Sequence record: MK773491.1
Reading direction: 5' to 3' (one strand)
DNA: 64,000 nt
Positions 1 to 8,602 of the stretch are shown here, in pieces (within the stretch, counting starts at the first letter, position 1; each line of letters opens with the position of its first letter). The position numbers were made by a program, and so were the translations under genes. The notes below the pieces were generated by a model. It was not told the origin of the DNA, made no database searches, and saw only the letters and a program-made list of their open reading frames with translations.

Positions 1-1518
1 TGTACTCAAAGTACTGAAGATTTTGGTCTACCATTTAAAATTAGATATAAAGATAAAATAGGTGATTCAGAAGTAACAACTTTAGAAGATCGTTTGGAAT
101 CGTGGGCTGAACAAAACGATTTTAAAACCAGAATTTATGAAATTGTTCGTGGTCTACTAAAATACGGAGATCAGTTCTTTGTACGTGACCCAGAAACAAT
201 GGAATGGATTTGGGTAAACCCTGCAAACGTTGAAGGTGTTTTTGTTAACGAAGAAACAGGTAAAAATCCAGTAGCTTATTTTATCCGGGATATTTCTTTT
301 AATATGCGTGATAAAGTAATGTCAAACTTGCAAATTGGTTTTGATAAAATGGCATATCCGGGATCATTACCTAATGCATTGAGTGGTTCTGCTAGTCAAT
401 TCGGTGGAATGGGTGGTGGTTATGCTAATGCTGGTAATGCACAAAGTGCTGATCCGTTTAGTATGGCTGCTGGTCGTAAAGATGTTCTTCCTGTAGCGGC
501 AGAACACGTAGTTCACCTAACACTAAATACAGGACAAGATCCAGTGTGGCCTTTTGGTACTAGTATTCTTGAATATGTCTTTAAAGTTTATAAACAAAAA
601 GAACTTCTAGAAGATAGTATCATCATCTATCGTGTACAACGTGCTCCAGAACGCCGTGTATTTAAAATTGATGTTGGTGAAATGCAAACTCACCAAGCAA
701 TGGCATATGTTGAAAGATTTAAAAATGAAATCCACCAGCGTCGTATACCTTCTAATAAAGGTGGTAGTACTTCATTGATGGATGCAGCTTATAACCCATT
801 AAGTATTTTAGAAGACTATTTCTTCCCTCAATCTTCGGAAGGTCGTGGTAGTTCAGTCGAAACTCTACCGGGTGGTGATAACTTGGGTCAAATTGATGAC
901 TTGCGTTATTTTAACAATAAATTGATTCGTGGTTTACAAATTCCAGCTTCATATCTACCACAGGGGCCAGATGATGGCGGGGTGGCTTTATTTGGAGATG
1001 GTGCAACCCAAGCAATGACCAGTGAATTGCGTTTTAACAACCAATGTATGCGTTATCAGCGTTTAATCGCCAAAGTTTTCGATATGGAATTTAAACGTTA
1101 TATGGTTAAGAATGGTTATAGTATTAGTGCTTCATCTTTTGAAGTAATCTTTAACCCACCAATTAACTTCGCTTCATATCGTAAAGCAGAATTGGATGCA
1201 AAACTAATTAGTACTTACATGTCGCTAGACGGACTTCCATATATTGCTAAACAAACAATTCTCAAGAAAATGGGCTTTGAACAAAGTGATATTGTTGAGA
1301 ACGAACAAAACTGGCTCATGGAAAATCCTGATGCATTATCATCAGCACAGAGTGGTGAACAGGCAGGATTGAAATCGGTCGGAATCGATGCTCCTAATGA
1401 TCCGGGAATGGATTTAGGTATGGATGAAGAAGGTAATATGGAAAGTGCTGATAAAGAATTCCAAGATATGGTTCAAAACGATGATTTTAACCCTAATAAT
1501 TTAGGCAATTCTTTCTAA
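1..1518 (+). CDS. gp20: Portal protein (T4 gp20-like), 5'-partial
   Basis: Frame is open from base 1. Motifs YRVQRAPERRVFKIDVG, LEDYFFP, GRGSSVETLPGGDNLGQIDDLRYF match the gp20 family; first gene of the head module. Confidence 0.95.
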   Translation, partial: CTQSTEDFGLPFKIRYKDKIGDSEVTTLEDRLESWAEQNDFKTRIYEIVRGLLKYGDQFFVRDPETMEWIWVNPANVEGVFVNEETGKNPVAYFIRDISFNMRDKVMSNLQIGFDKMAYPGSLPNALSGSASQFGGMGGGYANAGNAQSADPFSMAAGRKDVLPVAAEHVVHLTLNTGQDPVWPFGTSILEYVFKVYKQKELLEDSIIIYRVQRAPERRVFKIDVGEMQTHQAMAYVERFKNEIHQRRIPSNKGGSTSLMDAAYNPLSILEDYFFPQSSEGRGSSVETLPGGDNLGQIDDLRYFNNKLIRGLQIPASYLPQGPDDGGVALFGDGATQAMTSELRFNNQCMRYQRLIAKVFDMEFKRYMVKNGYSISASSFEVIFNPPINFASYRKAELDAKLISTYMSLDGLPYIAKQTILKKMGFEQSDIVENEQNWLMENPDALSSAQSGEQAGLKSVGIDAPNDPGMDLGMDEEGNMESADKEFQDMVQNDDFNPNNLGNSF

Positions 1519-1577
1519 GACTAAATAACAATGATGAGTTCACTTCGACTAAGAAGTGAACACATTAGGAGATGTAT

Positions 1578-1814
1578 ATGTTAAATGAACTTTTTGAATC
1601 TAGAAATGATTCAATGTACGATCCAGAAGATGATCAAACTGTGTATAAGCTAACTGATACACGTAAACCAAAATTAACTTTAAAAGTACTAAACAATTTA
1701 CGAAAGTATCGTGAATTTAAAGCTAATGAAGAAGAGAAACGTGCTCAGGTTGTAGCAGTAGTATATGCACCTGCACCTTCTGATGACGGCGGCGATATGG
1801 GCGGCTTAATGTAA
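1578..1814 (+). CDS. Small conserved hypothetical protein, probably prohead-associated
   Basis: AGGAG 6 nt before ATG 1578 (ORF track start 1572); lies between portal and core genes; N-terminal LNELFES resembles protease-processed head proteins. Confidence 0.6.
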   Translation: MLNELFESRNDSMYDPEDDQTVYKLTDTRKPKLTLKVLNNLRKYREFKANEEEKRAQVVAVVYAPAPSDDGGDMGGLM

Positions 1815-1853
1815 AAAATCCGTTTTTAAAGCTCTTTTTGAAAACGGATTTTT
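1814..1853. terminator. Inverted repeat, probable bidirectional terminator
   Basis: AAAAATCCGTTTT / AAAACGGATTTTT. Confidence 0.55.
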
Positions 1854-1859
1854 AGTACG

Positions 1860-1867
1860 TATAAATA
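1860..1867 (+). promoter_or_regulatory. T4-type late promoter
   Basis: TATAAATA upstream of the core gene. Confidence 0.7.
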
Positions 1868-1913
1868 ATGACATACTTAATTTAAAAAATTTGTATATCT
1901 ATTGGAGGATATA

Positions 1914-2780
1914 ATGGCAAATAAAAAACTATTGCAAGAAGCAATTCAGGCTTTTGCTAACAACGAACAAGACCTAGCTGCTAAGAAAATGCGTAAGTAT
2001 TTCCTCGAAGCCGCACAGGAAATTAATAAAAAACTAGAAGAAGAAATGGAAGAAGAATGCGATCTAAATGAAGCAGACGAAACCGAAGAAGAATGTGAAG
2101 AAGTTATCGAAGAAGATATCGACGGAAACATGGATTCTGGTCTAACTTCCGAAGTTCAATATCAACTAGGTGAAGAAGATGAATCTGATGAAGAAGAAGT
2201 TGACGTTCAAGACCACGATGGTGAAGAAGAAGTTGATTTTGATTCCGAAGAAGAAGTTGGCGGCGAAGATGTAAATCTATCCGGCGACGAATGGGAATCC
2301 ATCAAAGATGCATTTGCTGACCTAGAAGCTATGTTTGACCGTATTGAAGACGGCGGTGATTTCGAAGTTGATGCTGAAGGTGACGAAATGGGCGATGCTG
2401 AAGCAGAAGTTGATTTTGATGCAGATGCTGATGGTGAAGATGAATTTGCTGACATTAGTTTCGGTGACGAAAAAGTTGGCGAAGGTTACAAAATGAAACC
2501 AGTTAGCAAACCAGCTAATGATGCAGCTAAATCCAAATCTCCTGTTGCTCCAAACGCAAAATCTCCAGTAGATGGCGTTGCACCAGTTAAGATCAAAGAC
2601 GGTACTGTAGTAACTAATGATGGCGAATTGCTAAAAAATAAAGATGCTGAAACTGCTAAAGTTGAAGACATGAACAACGTAATGGACAGTGCTAAAGGCA
2701 TGATGAAAGACGCGAAGAAACCAAAAAATACTGCGGAAAAATCTCGTTCTCCACTACCTAAATCACAACCAAAATTTTAA
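1914..2780 (+). CDS. Highly acidic prohead core protein (gp67/gp68-like position)
   Basis: GGAGG RBS before ATG 1914; D/E-rich; upstream TATAAATA; located between portal and protease. Confidence 0.6.
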   Translation: MANKKLLQEAIQAFANNEQDLAAKKMRKYFLEAAQEINKKLEEEMEEECDLNEADETEEECEEVIEEDIDGNMDSGLTSEVQYQLGEEDESDEEEVDVQDHDGEEEVDFDSEEEVGGEDVNLSGDEWESIKDAFADLEAMFDRIEDGGDFEVDAEGDEMGDAEAEVDFDADADGEDEFADISFGDEKVGEGYKMKPVSKPANDAAKSKSPVAPNAKSPVDGVAPVKIKDGTVVTNDGELLKNKDAETAKVEDMNNVMDSAKGMMKDAKKPKNTAEKSRSPLPKSQPKF

Positions 2781-2782
2781 TC

Positions 2783-2789
2783 ATAAATA
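2783..2789 (+). promoter_or_regulatory. T4-type late promoter
   Basis: (C)ATAAATA before gp21. Confidence 0.6.
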
Positions 2790-2813
2790 AAAGAAAGAAG
2801 GAGATCATACACT

Positions 2814-3437
2814 ATGAGCATGATTAGAGAATGGTCTTCATTCAATGATTCTAAAATTGTACTAGAACACCGTGATAACCAATTTGGCGGCAAGGATTGT
2901 TACCTACGTGGTATTTCAATCCAAGCCGACCAACGAAATAAAAACGAACGTATCTATCCTTATGCTGAAATAGCTAAGGCAGTTGAAAATATGGCACAAC
3001 GTTTACGGAGCGGTGAAAGCATTCTTTGTGAATGTGATCACCCCGAAACCCTTACTATTAACCTAGACCGTGTAGCAGCAATGATTACTAAAGTCTGGAT
3101 GGAAGGTAACAACGGTATGGCTGAAATTAAACTTCTTCCTACAGCACAAGGTGAAAATATTCGCAAGATGTTAGAATGCGGTGTTAAATTAGGCGTTAGT
3201 TCTCGTGGTTCAGGAAACGTTGATCATAATGGTATTGTTTCAGATTTTGAAATCGTAACTATTGACATTGTAGCACAACCGAGTGCTCCAGAAGCGTATC
3301 CAACTGCGGTGTTTGAATCTCTAATGAGTAAGTATGGTTCACCTGTTAATGGAAGCAAAAAAGCAATAGTGGAATCTAAATCAGAAAATTGTTTAGAAAA
3401 CGAAATTCACGCTTTTTTTAAGAAATTAAAAGGGTAA
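2814..3437 (+). CDS. gp21: Prohead protease (T4 gp21-like)
   Basis: NKNERIYP, ECDHP (His), KLGVSSRGSG (Ser), DIVAQPSAPEAY motifs. Confidence 0.93.
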   Translation: MSMIREWSSFNDSKIVLEHRDNQFGGKDCYLRGISIQADQRNKNERIYPYAEIAKAVENMAQRLRSGESILCECDHPETLTINLDRVAAMITKVWMEGNNGMAEIKLLPTAQGENIRKMLECGVKLGVSSRGSGNVDHNGIVSDFEIVTIDIVAQPSAPEAYPTAVFESLMSKYGSPVNGSKKAIVESKSENCLENEIHAFFKKLKG

Positions 3438-3448
3438 CAAAATAAATT

Positions 3449-3456
3449 TATAAATA
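3449..3456 (+). promoter_or_regulatory. T4-type late promoter
   Basis: TATAAATA before gp22. Confidence 0.7.
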
Positions 3457-3503
3457 TTTGTACATCAAAAGTACGAATGTTAAGTACTTTACAGGAGATT
3501 ATA

Positions 3504-4622
3504 ATGTCTAAATTAGATAAGTTTCTAAAAGAATCATCTCTTTCTGATGAAGCGAAACAGCTAATTCAGGAAGCATGGAATGAAGAAAAACAAGCAGTCG
3601 CCGCAGAAATGCGTGAAGAAATGAAAGGACGTTATCAAGAAGATCTAGCTCGTCTAACCGAAGGTCTAGATAAAATGGTAACTGGTCTAATCGCTGAAGA
3701 AATGGGTGCAGTTTACGACGAAAAAGCAAAACTCGTTGAAGACCGTGTAACACTACGTAAAACCCTAGCAAACTTCGGTAGCTTCGCAAACGGTGTACTC
3801 GCTGAAGAAGTTAAACAAATGCGTAACGAGACTAAACTCGTTAAAGAAAGTCTAGATAAATTCGCAGGATTCAGTAATCGTATCCTAGCAGAAGAACTAA
3901 AAGACTTCCACCATGAGAAACGTCAGTTGGTTGAAACTCGTGTTAAACTAATTGCTGAAGGTTCACAAAAAATTAATGAAGCTCGTCAGAGTGTAATTAA
4001 ACGTATTACTGAAACTTCCGCTCAATATATTGCTGAGACTACTCACAATAACCTAAAAGAGCTAAAAACAGAACTACGTGAAGCACGTCAGAATATGTTT
4101 GGTCGTAAAATTTTCGAAGCATTTGCTAACGAATTCTATAGCAACCAATACAAAGAAAATTCAATTCTACGTTCTCTAAACGAATCTATTAAACAGAAAG
4201 AAAAAGAAGTTATCGAATTTAAAGAAAAACTTCAAGAATCTCAAGCTCAAGCAGAAGCTGCTCAAAAGAAAATGCGTATCATGGAAGATACTCATGCTCG
4301 TTCAGCTATCATCTCAGAGCTAGTGAAACCTCTTACTGTTCAACAGAAACAAATTATGGAATCACTACTTCAAGCTACTCCTACCGAGAAACTTAAAGAC
4401 GATTTCATGAAGTACCATAAGTCTGTACTAAAAGGTACTATCAATGAATCTGCTGCTAAAACCAGCCGCCCAGCAGTTAATACAAAGGCTAAAAGTACTC
4501 TCACTGAAGGTATCGTCGTAACTGGCAACCGTGAAGGTATCATTAAAGAAAGTGAACTTGATTCCGACGATCTAGATTTCCTAAAATCTCTAGAACGTAA
4601 TGCAGGAATCCACAAAAAATAA
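3504..4622 (+). CDS. gp22: Prohead scaffolding protein (gp22-like)
   Basis: Coiled-coil, E/K-rich; GRKIFEAF motif; immediately before the capsid gene; GGAG RBS supports ATG 3504. Confidence 0.8.
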   Translation: MSKLDKFLKESSLSDEAKQLIQEAWNEEKQAVAAEMREEMKGRYQEDLARLTEGLDKMVTGLIAEEMGAVYDEKAKLVEDRVTLRKTLANFGSFANGVLAEEVKQMRNETKLVKESLDKFAGFSNRILAEELKDFHHEKRQLVETRVKLIAEGSQKINEARQSVIKRITETSAQYIAETTHNNLKELKTELREARQNMFGRKIFEAFANEFYSNQYKENSILRSLNESIKQKEKEVIEFKEKLQESQAQAEAAQKKMRIMEDTHARSAIISELVKPLTVQQKQIMESLLQATPTEKLKDDFMKYHKSVLKGTINESAAKTSRPAVNTKAKSTLTEGIVVTGNREGIIKESELDSDDLDFLKSLERNAGIHKK

Positions 4623-4651
4623 ACATTTTTAATAAGCTATTTTTTTCAGGC

Positions 4652-4658
4652 ATAAATA
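4652..4658 (+). promoter_or_regulatory. T4-type late promoter
   Basis: (C)ATAAATA before gp23. Confidence 0.65.
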
Positions 4659-4703
4659 ATAACATACTGAAAAACGAAAAAACATCTTTTAAGGAGATAT
4701 ATA

Positions 4704-5879
4704 ATGTCACAACTATTAACTGAATCCAAATGGGCAGCAGTAAAAGAAAAACTAACTGAAGGTCTAAAAGATAACCGTAAAACCGTTATGGAAGCTGTTC
4801 TAGAAAACCACCGTAAAGTAATGCTACGTGAAAGTGCTTCTCAAGGTGCAACTTCTGCTGGTAACATCGCAACACTAAACAAAGTAATTCTACCAATTAT
4901 GCGTCGTGTTATGCCTACCGTTATCGCTAACGAAATTATCGGTGTTCAACCTATGACTGGCCCTGTTGGTCAAATCCACACCCTACGTGTTCAATATGCT
5001 GACAACGCACCGGGCGTTATCGCTGGTGAAGAAGCACTATCCCCATACAAAATCGCTAAGTCCTATACTGGTGATGTTAATGGCGATAACGAAAATCCAC
5101 GTGCTGCTCCTACTAGCCAACTAGAAGGTACTATGGGTCGTCGCGTCAACATCCGTATCCTACGTGAAACCGTTGAAGCGAAATCTCGTCGTCTATCTGC
5201 TCGCTGGACTGTTGAATCTGCACAAGATGCTCAATCTCAACACGGTATCGACGTAGAAGCTGAACTAATGGCTGCTATCGCTCAAGAAGTTACCACTGAA
5301 ATCGACCAAGAGCTACTACACAAACTACGTGCTCTACCGGGTGCCGCTGCTGTAACTTATGACCAATCTAAAGTTACTGGTGTTGCTACCTTTGTTGGTG
5401 ACGAACACGCTGCTCTAGCTACTCTAATTAACCGTCAAGCAAACGAAGTTGCTCGTCGTACTAAGCGTGGTGCTGCGAATTGGGCTGTTGTTTCTCCAAC
5501 TGCACTAACTATTCTACAATCTGCAACCACTTCTAGCTTCGCTCGTACCACTGAAGGTACTTTCGATGCTCCAACTAACGTTAAGTTTGTTGGTGTACTT
5601 AACAGTACTATGAAGATCTACGTTGATACCTATGCTGATGATAGTACTGATGTACTTATTGGTTACAAAGGTAACGCAGAAACTGATGCTGGTGTATTCT
5701 ATTGCCCGTACATTCCTCTAATGGCTTCTGGTACTGTAATGGATCCAAATACTGGAGAATTAGTAACCACTTTCTTAACTCGTTATGGCTATGTTCAACT
5801 AACTGACAGTACTTCGAGTTTGGGAAATGCTGCGGATTACTTTTCTAAGATTGCTATTCGTAACGTTACCTTCATGTAA
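4704..5879 (+). CDS. gp23: Major capsid protein (gp23-like)
   Basis: IIGVQPMTGPVGQI, SRRLSARWTVESAQD, EIDQE, FYCPYIPL, TRYG motifs; strong codon bias. Confidence 0.96.
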   Translation: MSQLLTESKWAAVKEKLTEGLKDNRKTVMEAVLENHRKVMLRESASQGATSAGNIATLNKVILPIMRRVMPTVIANEIIGVQPMTGPVGQIHTLRVQYADNAPGVIAGEEALSPYKIAKSYTGDVNGDNENPRAAPTSQLEGTMGRRVNIRILRETVEAKSRRLSARWTVESAQDAQSQHGIDVEAELMAAIAQEVTTEIDQELLHKLRALPGAAAVTYDQSKVTGVATFVGDEHAALATLINRQANEVARRTKRGAANWAVVSPTALTILQSATTSSFARTTEGTFDAPTNVKFVGVLNSTMKIYVDTYADDSTDVLIGYKGNAETDAGVFYCPYIPLMASGTVMDPNTGELVTTFLTRYGYVQLTDSTSSLGNAADYFSKIAIRNVTFM

Positions 5880-5934
5880 TTTGAAGAGTACTGAAAAAGT
5901 AAATTTTGATTCAAAGATTAATATAAAAAAACAC

Positions 5935-5965
5935 AAAGGGACTCTTGACGAGTCCCTTTTCTTTT
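5935..5965 (+). terminator. Intrinsic terminator after gp23
   Basis: AAAGGGACTC-TTGAC-GAGTCCCTTT plus T-tract. Confidence 0.85.
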
Positions 5966-5973
5966 GCTATAAT
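5945..5973 (+). promoter_or_regulatory. sigma70-type promoter for the endonuclease cassette
   Basis: TTGACG-N17-TATAAT with TG extension. Confidence 0.75.
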
Positions 5974-5999
5974 TTTATTTTTATGCGTGTGAGAGATAA

Positions 6000-7161
6000 A
6001 TGTTAATAGATGAACAAATAGAAGTGAAAATTACAGGCCGTGGTAAACCACCATCCTACTATACTCAAGGTGTTTTGGCTGAAATTAAAAAAATACAATC
6101 TTGGGTATGAATTCCTAGGATTCGCTATCAACGAATCATCGGAATGGGCGGGTGCACATACCAAATTGGTACTTAAGTGTCCCAAACATGGTGAATATTC
6201 ATCTTGCTCTTATAACAATTTCACAAAGAAAAATGGCAAAGGCCGCCGCTGCCCTGTTTGTAGTGTAGAAACGGTCGCAGATTTTCATCGTGATACATTG
6301 GAAAGTTTTATCCACAAGGCAAACCTTATTCATAATAATTTTTATGATTATAGTAAATCAATATATGTAAATGCTAATACACCCTTGGTATATACATGTC
6401 CACTTCATGGTGAACAAACAATACGACCATCGAAACATATTCTCAATGGTCAACGTTGTAATAAATGTGCTCTTGAATCAATCCTTTTGGATTCATATGA
6501 TGTAAAAAATAAGATTAATGAAATCCATGATGATCATTTCACATTTGATGAATTTGTTTATAAAGGAAGACATAAGGAATGCATAGTAACATGTAAAATA
6601 AAAAACCAATCATATAAAACAAAACCTAACATACTTCTAATGGGACATGGATGTTCTTTGTGTCATAGTCGTTCCAAGTTTACAAAAGAAACATTCATTA
6701 AAAAAGCTAAAGAGGTACATGGTAATTTATATGTATATGATGATATCGATTACGTTGATTTGAGAACTGAAATAGAAGTATTTTGTACTAAACATAGTGG
6801 GTATTTCAAAATCTTACCTACTAATCACATTCATGGTCATAAAAACGGATGTTCTGAATGTGCCGGTTATGGATATAATCGTAGTAAACCGGGATTTATA
6901 TATGTACAAAAAATCCTTGACAAAAAGAAAATAGTATGCTATAAGTATGGAATTACTGGTGATCTAAATCGCCGCATTATGGAACAATCTCGTGGATCTA
7001 TGTATGTACACGAGTTTACTTTTTTCCATAAGTTCGAAGATGGTAACATTCCTTGGGATATTGAAAACAAAATAAAAAATAGTATACCATCTTCTTTCCT
7101 CAGTAGAAGGGAATTGGAATCTGGACATACTGAAACTTTTTCAGTCGATTATATAACATAA
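6000..7161 (+). mobile_element. Free-standing GIY-YIG (Seg-like) homing endonuclease with Zn-ribbon repeats, apparently split by a +1 frameshift at A7 6087-6093
   Basis: Repeated CPKHG/CPLHG...CxxC units; C-terminal FIYV...YKYGIT...RR...E...ETF nuclease domain. The promoter-proximal ATG 6000 ORF (36 aa) joins the long 6040 frame if one A is removed. Confidence 0.7.
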
Positions 7162-7195
7162 GTTAATAATATTATTGAAAGATATTTGGAGATGT

Positions 7196-7819
7196 ATGAG
7201 AATAATTAATAAGGAAGAAATTGCAAGTAAAGTACATGCAGTTAAATTTGAATCTTTGTCAGGAAATACGTTTTACCGGAAGGGTAAATTGATTGCCTAT
7301 GTACGTGAGGTATATAGTATGTCGGTGAATGAGTTTGATTGGTATTATATTCATGCAATCTACTATGATGAGAAATGGTTTGAGTCAGACCCTATTTCTG
7401 GTAAAGTATTTGACTTTTATGAACTTGATTCTATGAAAGAATATTGCACTAACGAGGTTGAGAATGCAAATCCACCTATTGGTATAGTAACTGAATATGA
7501 AGTTCAATATGGATCTATTTTTGTAACACATGATTTGAGCACTGACAAAATAACATCACTTGATATAGATACCAAAAATAATTTATCCATAATTAATGGA
7601 ACTCTTCATATTTTTGAAAATATCAGTAGCCGCATTACTGGTCGGCCAGATTTTACTACCGATTCGGAGTTTTTTCAATTGTCACTGATAACTAAAGATA
7701 TACCAAATTTTTCCTATGTCGAATATCATCTATTAAAACTTGATGAATTAAATACATTGATGGATTATCCAAATTATCCAAAAAATCCAACAGTATTGAA
7801 ATATGAGGAAAAAATATAA
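7196..7819 (+). CDS. Hypothetical protein
   Basis: GGAG RBS before ATG 7196; stop overlaps next start; no recognisable motif. Confidence 0.6.
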   Translation: MRIINKEEIASKVHAVKFESLSGNTFYRKGKLIAYVREVYSMSVNEFDWYYIHAIYYDEKWFESDPISGKVFDFYELDSMKEYCTNEVENANPPIGIVTEYEVQYGSIFVTHDLSTDKITSLDIDTKNNLSIINGTLHIFENISSRITGRPDFTTDSEFFQLSLITKDIPNFSYVEYHLLKLDELNTLMDYPNYPKNPTVLKYEEKI

Positions 7820-8226
7820 TGTTAAGAGTCAAGGATGACATGATGGTAACTGTGTATAGTATACCTAATGAGGGTTTCTTTCCGACATTGGAAGGAGGCT
7901 TTGACATGTATATAGATATGTACACCAAAGTAGCTTACTGTGAGCCATTACAGCAGTTATATGTAAGTATAGAGGGAGTACGATACTCTAAGGATCAGTA
8001 CATAAGAGATATACTCAAGGTAGAGAGTACTGAGATGTTGTATGCAGATTACGTACAGATGTATAAAGACAAGTTGAATGCGAAGTTCCCGGATGCACCC
8101 GTACTAGCTACAATAGAGTTAGATGATGCTGGTAGGCCGAAGCCTGAGCTACCGGATCATTTAAAGCCCACGGATAATTTTGCAAAATTGCGAACAGCGG
8201 GGTTAAATTTCACAATTCAGAGATAA
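7819..8226 (+). CDS. Hypothetical protein
   Basis: 135-aa ORF translationally coupled to the previous one. Confidence 0.6.
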   Translation: MLRVKDDMMVTVYSIPNEGFFPTLEGGFDMYIDMYTKVAYCEPLQQLYVSIEGVRYSKDQYIRDILKVESTEMLYADYVQMYKDKLNAKFPDAPVLATIELDDAGRPKPELPDHLKPTDNFAKLRTAGLNFTIQR

Positions 8227-8252
8227 TAAATACTTCCAATGATACGGAGGTA
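8226..8252 (+). promoter_or_regulatory. Late promoter overlapping an RBS-sequestering hairpin
   Basis: ATAAATA 8226-8232; stem TACTTCC 8231-8237 / GGAGGTA 8246-8252. Confidence 0.55.
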
Positions 8253-8254
8253 AT

Positions 8255-8563
8255 ATGTCTCAAATTTGTTATGTAATCACGAATCCTGCATGGCCTGAAT
8301 GGGTAAAAATTGGATTCACATCTAAATCGGAAATGAAAACACGTTTAAGTACTTATCAAACTGGAACACCTTTCCGGGATTTTGAAGTATATCATGAAGT
8401 ACACTTTGATGATGCTAAGGAAGCGGAGAAAGAGGTACATAAGCGTTTAAAGCAAATGAACGCTACAAGGAGTCCCGGTACGGAATGGTTTAAGATGCCG
8501 AAGAAATTAGCTGCTAACATGATAGATGGAGTAGCAGACGACTTAGAGAATGGACTTCTATAA
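8255..8563 (+). CDS. T5orf172/GIY-YIG family small nuclease or DNA-binding protein
   Basis: CYVITNPAWPEWVKIGFT...RLSTYQTG.P...E..VH...EWF pattern; GGAGG RBS. Confidence 0.8.
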   Translation: MSQICYVITNPAWPEWVKIGFTSKSEMKTRLSTYQTGTPFRDFEVYHEVHFDDAKEAEKEVHKRLKQMNATRSPGTEWFKMPKKLAANMIDGVADDLENGLL

Positions 8564-8569
8564 TAAATA
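8563..8569 (+). promoter_or_regulatory. T4-type late promoter
   Basis: ATAAATA before the tail fibre gene. Confidence 0.6.
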
Positions 8570-8602
8570 TCATTATAGTAATAAACATAAAAGGATTTAT
8601 AA

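Noticed and set aside
1538-1561. RBS-sequestering hairpin before the 1578 gene
   Set aside because: The 9-bp stem GTTCACTTC/GAAGTGAAC ends before the AGGAG and lies downstream of the putative promoter, so it is not a switch like those at 8226 and 53632.
1946-2701. Minus-strand Ser-rich ORFs opposite the acidic core gene
   Set aside because: Shadow frames of GAA/GAT-rich codons; no RBS or promoter. The same applies to most other 60-120 aa antisense ORFs in the track.
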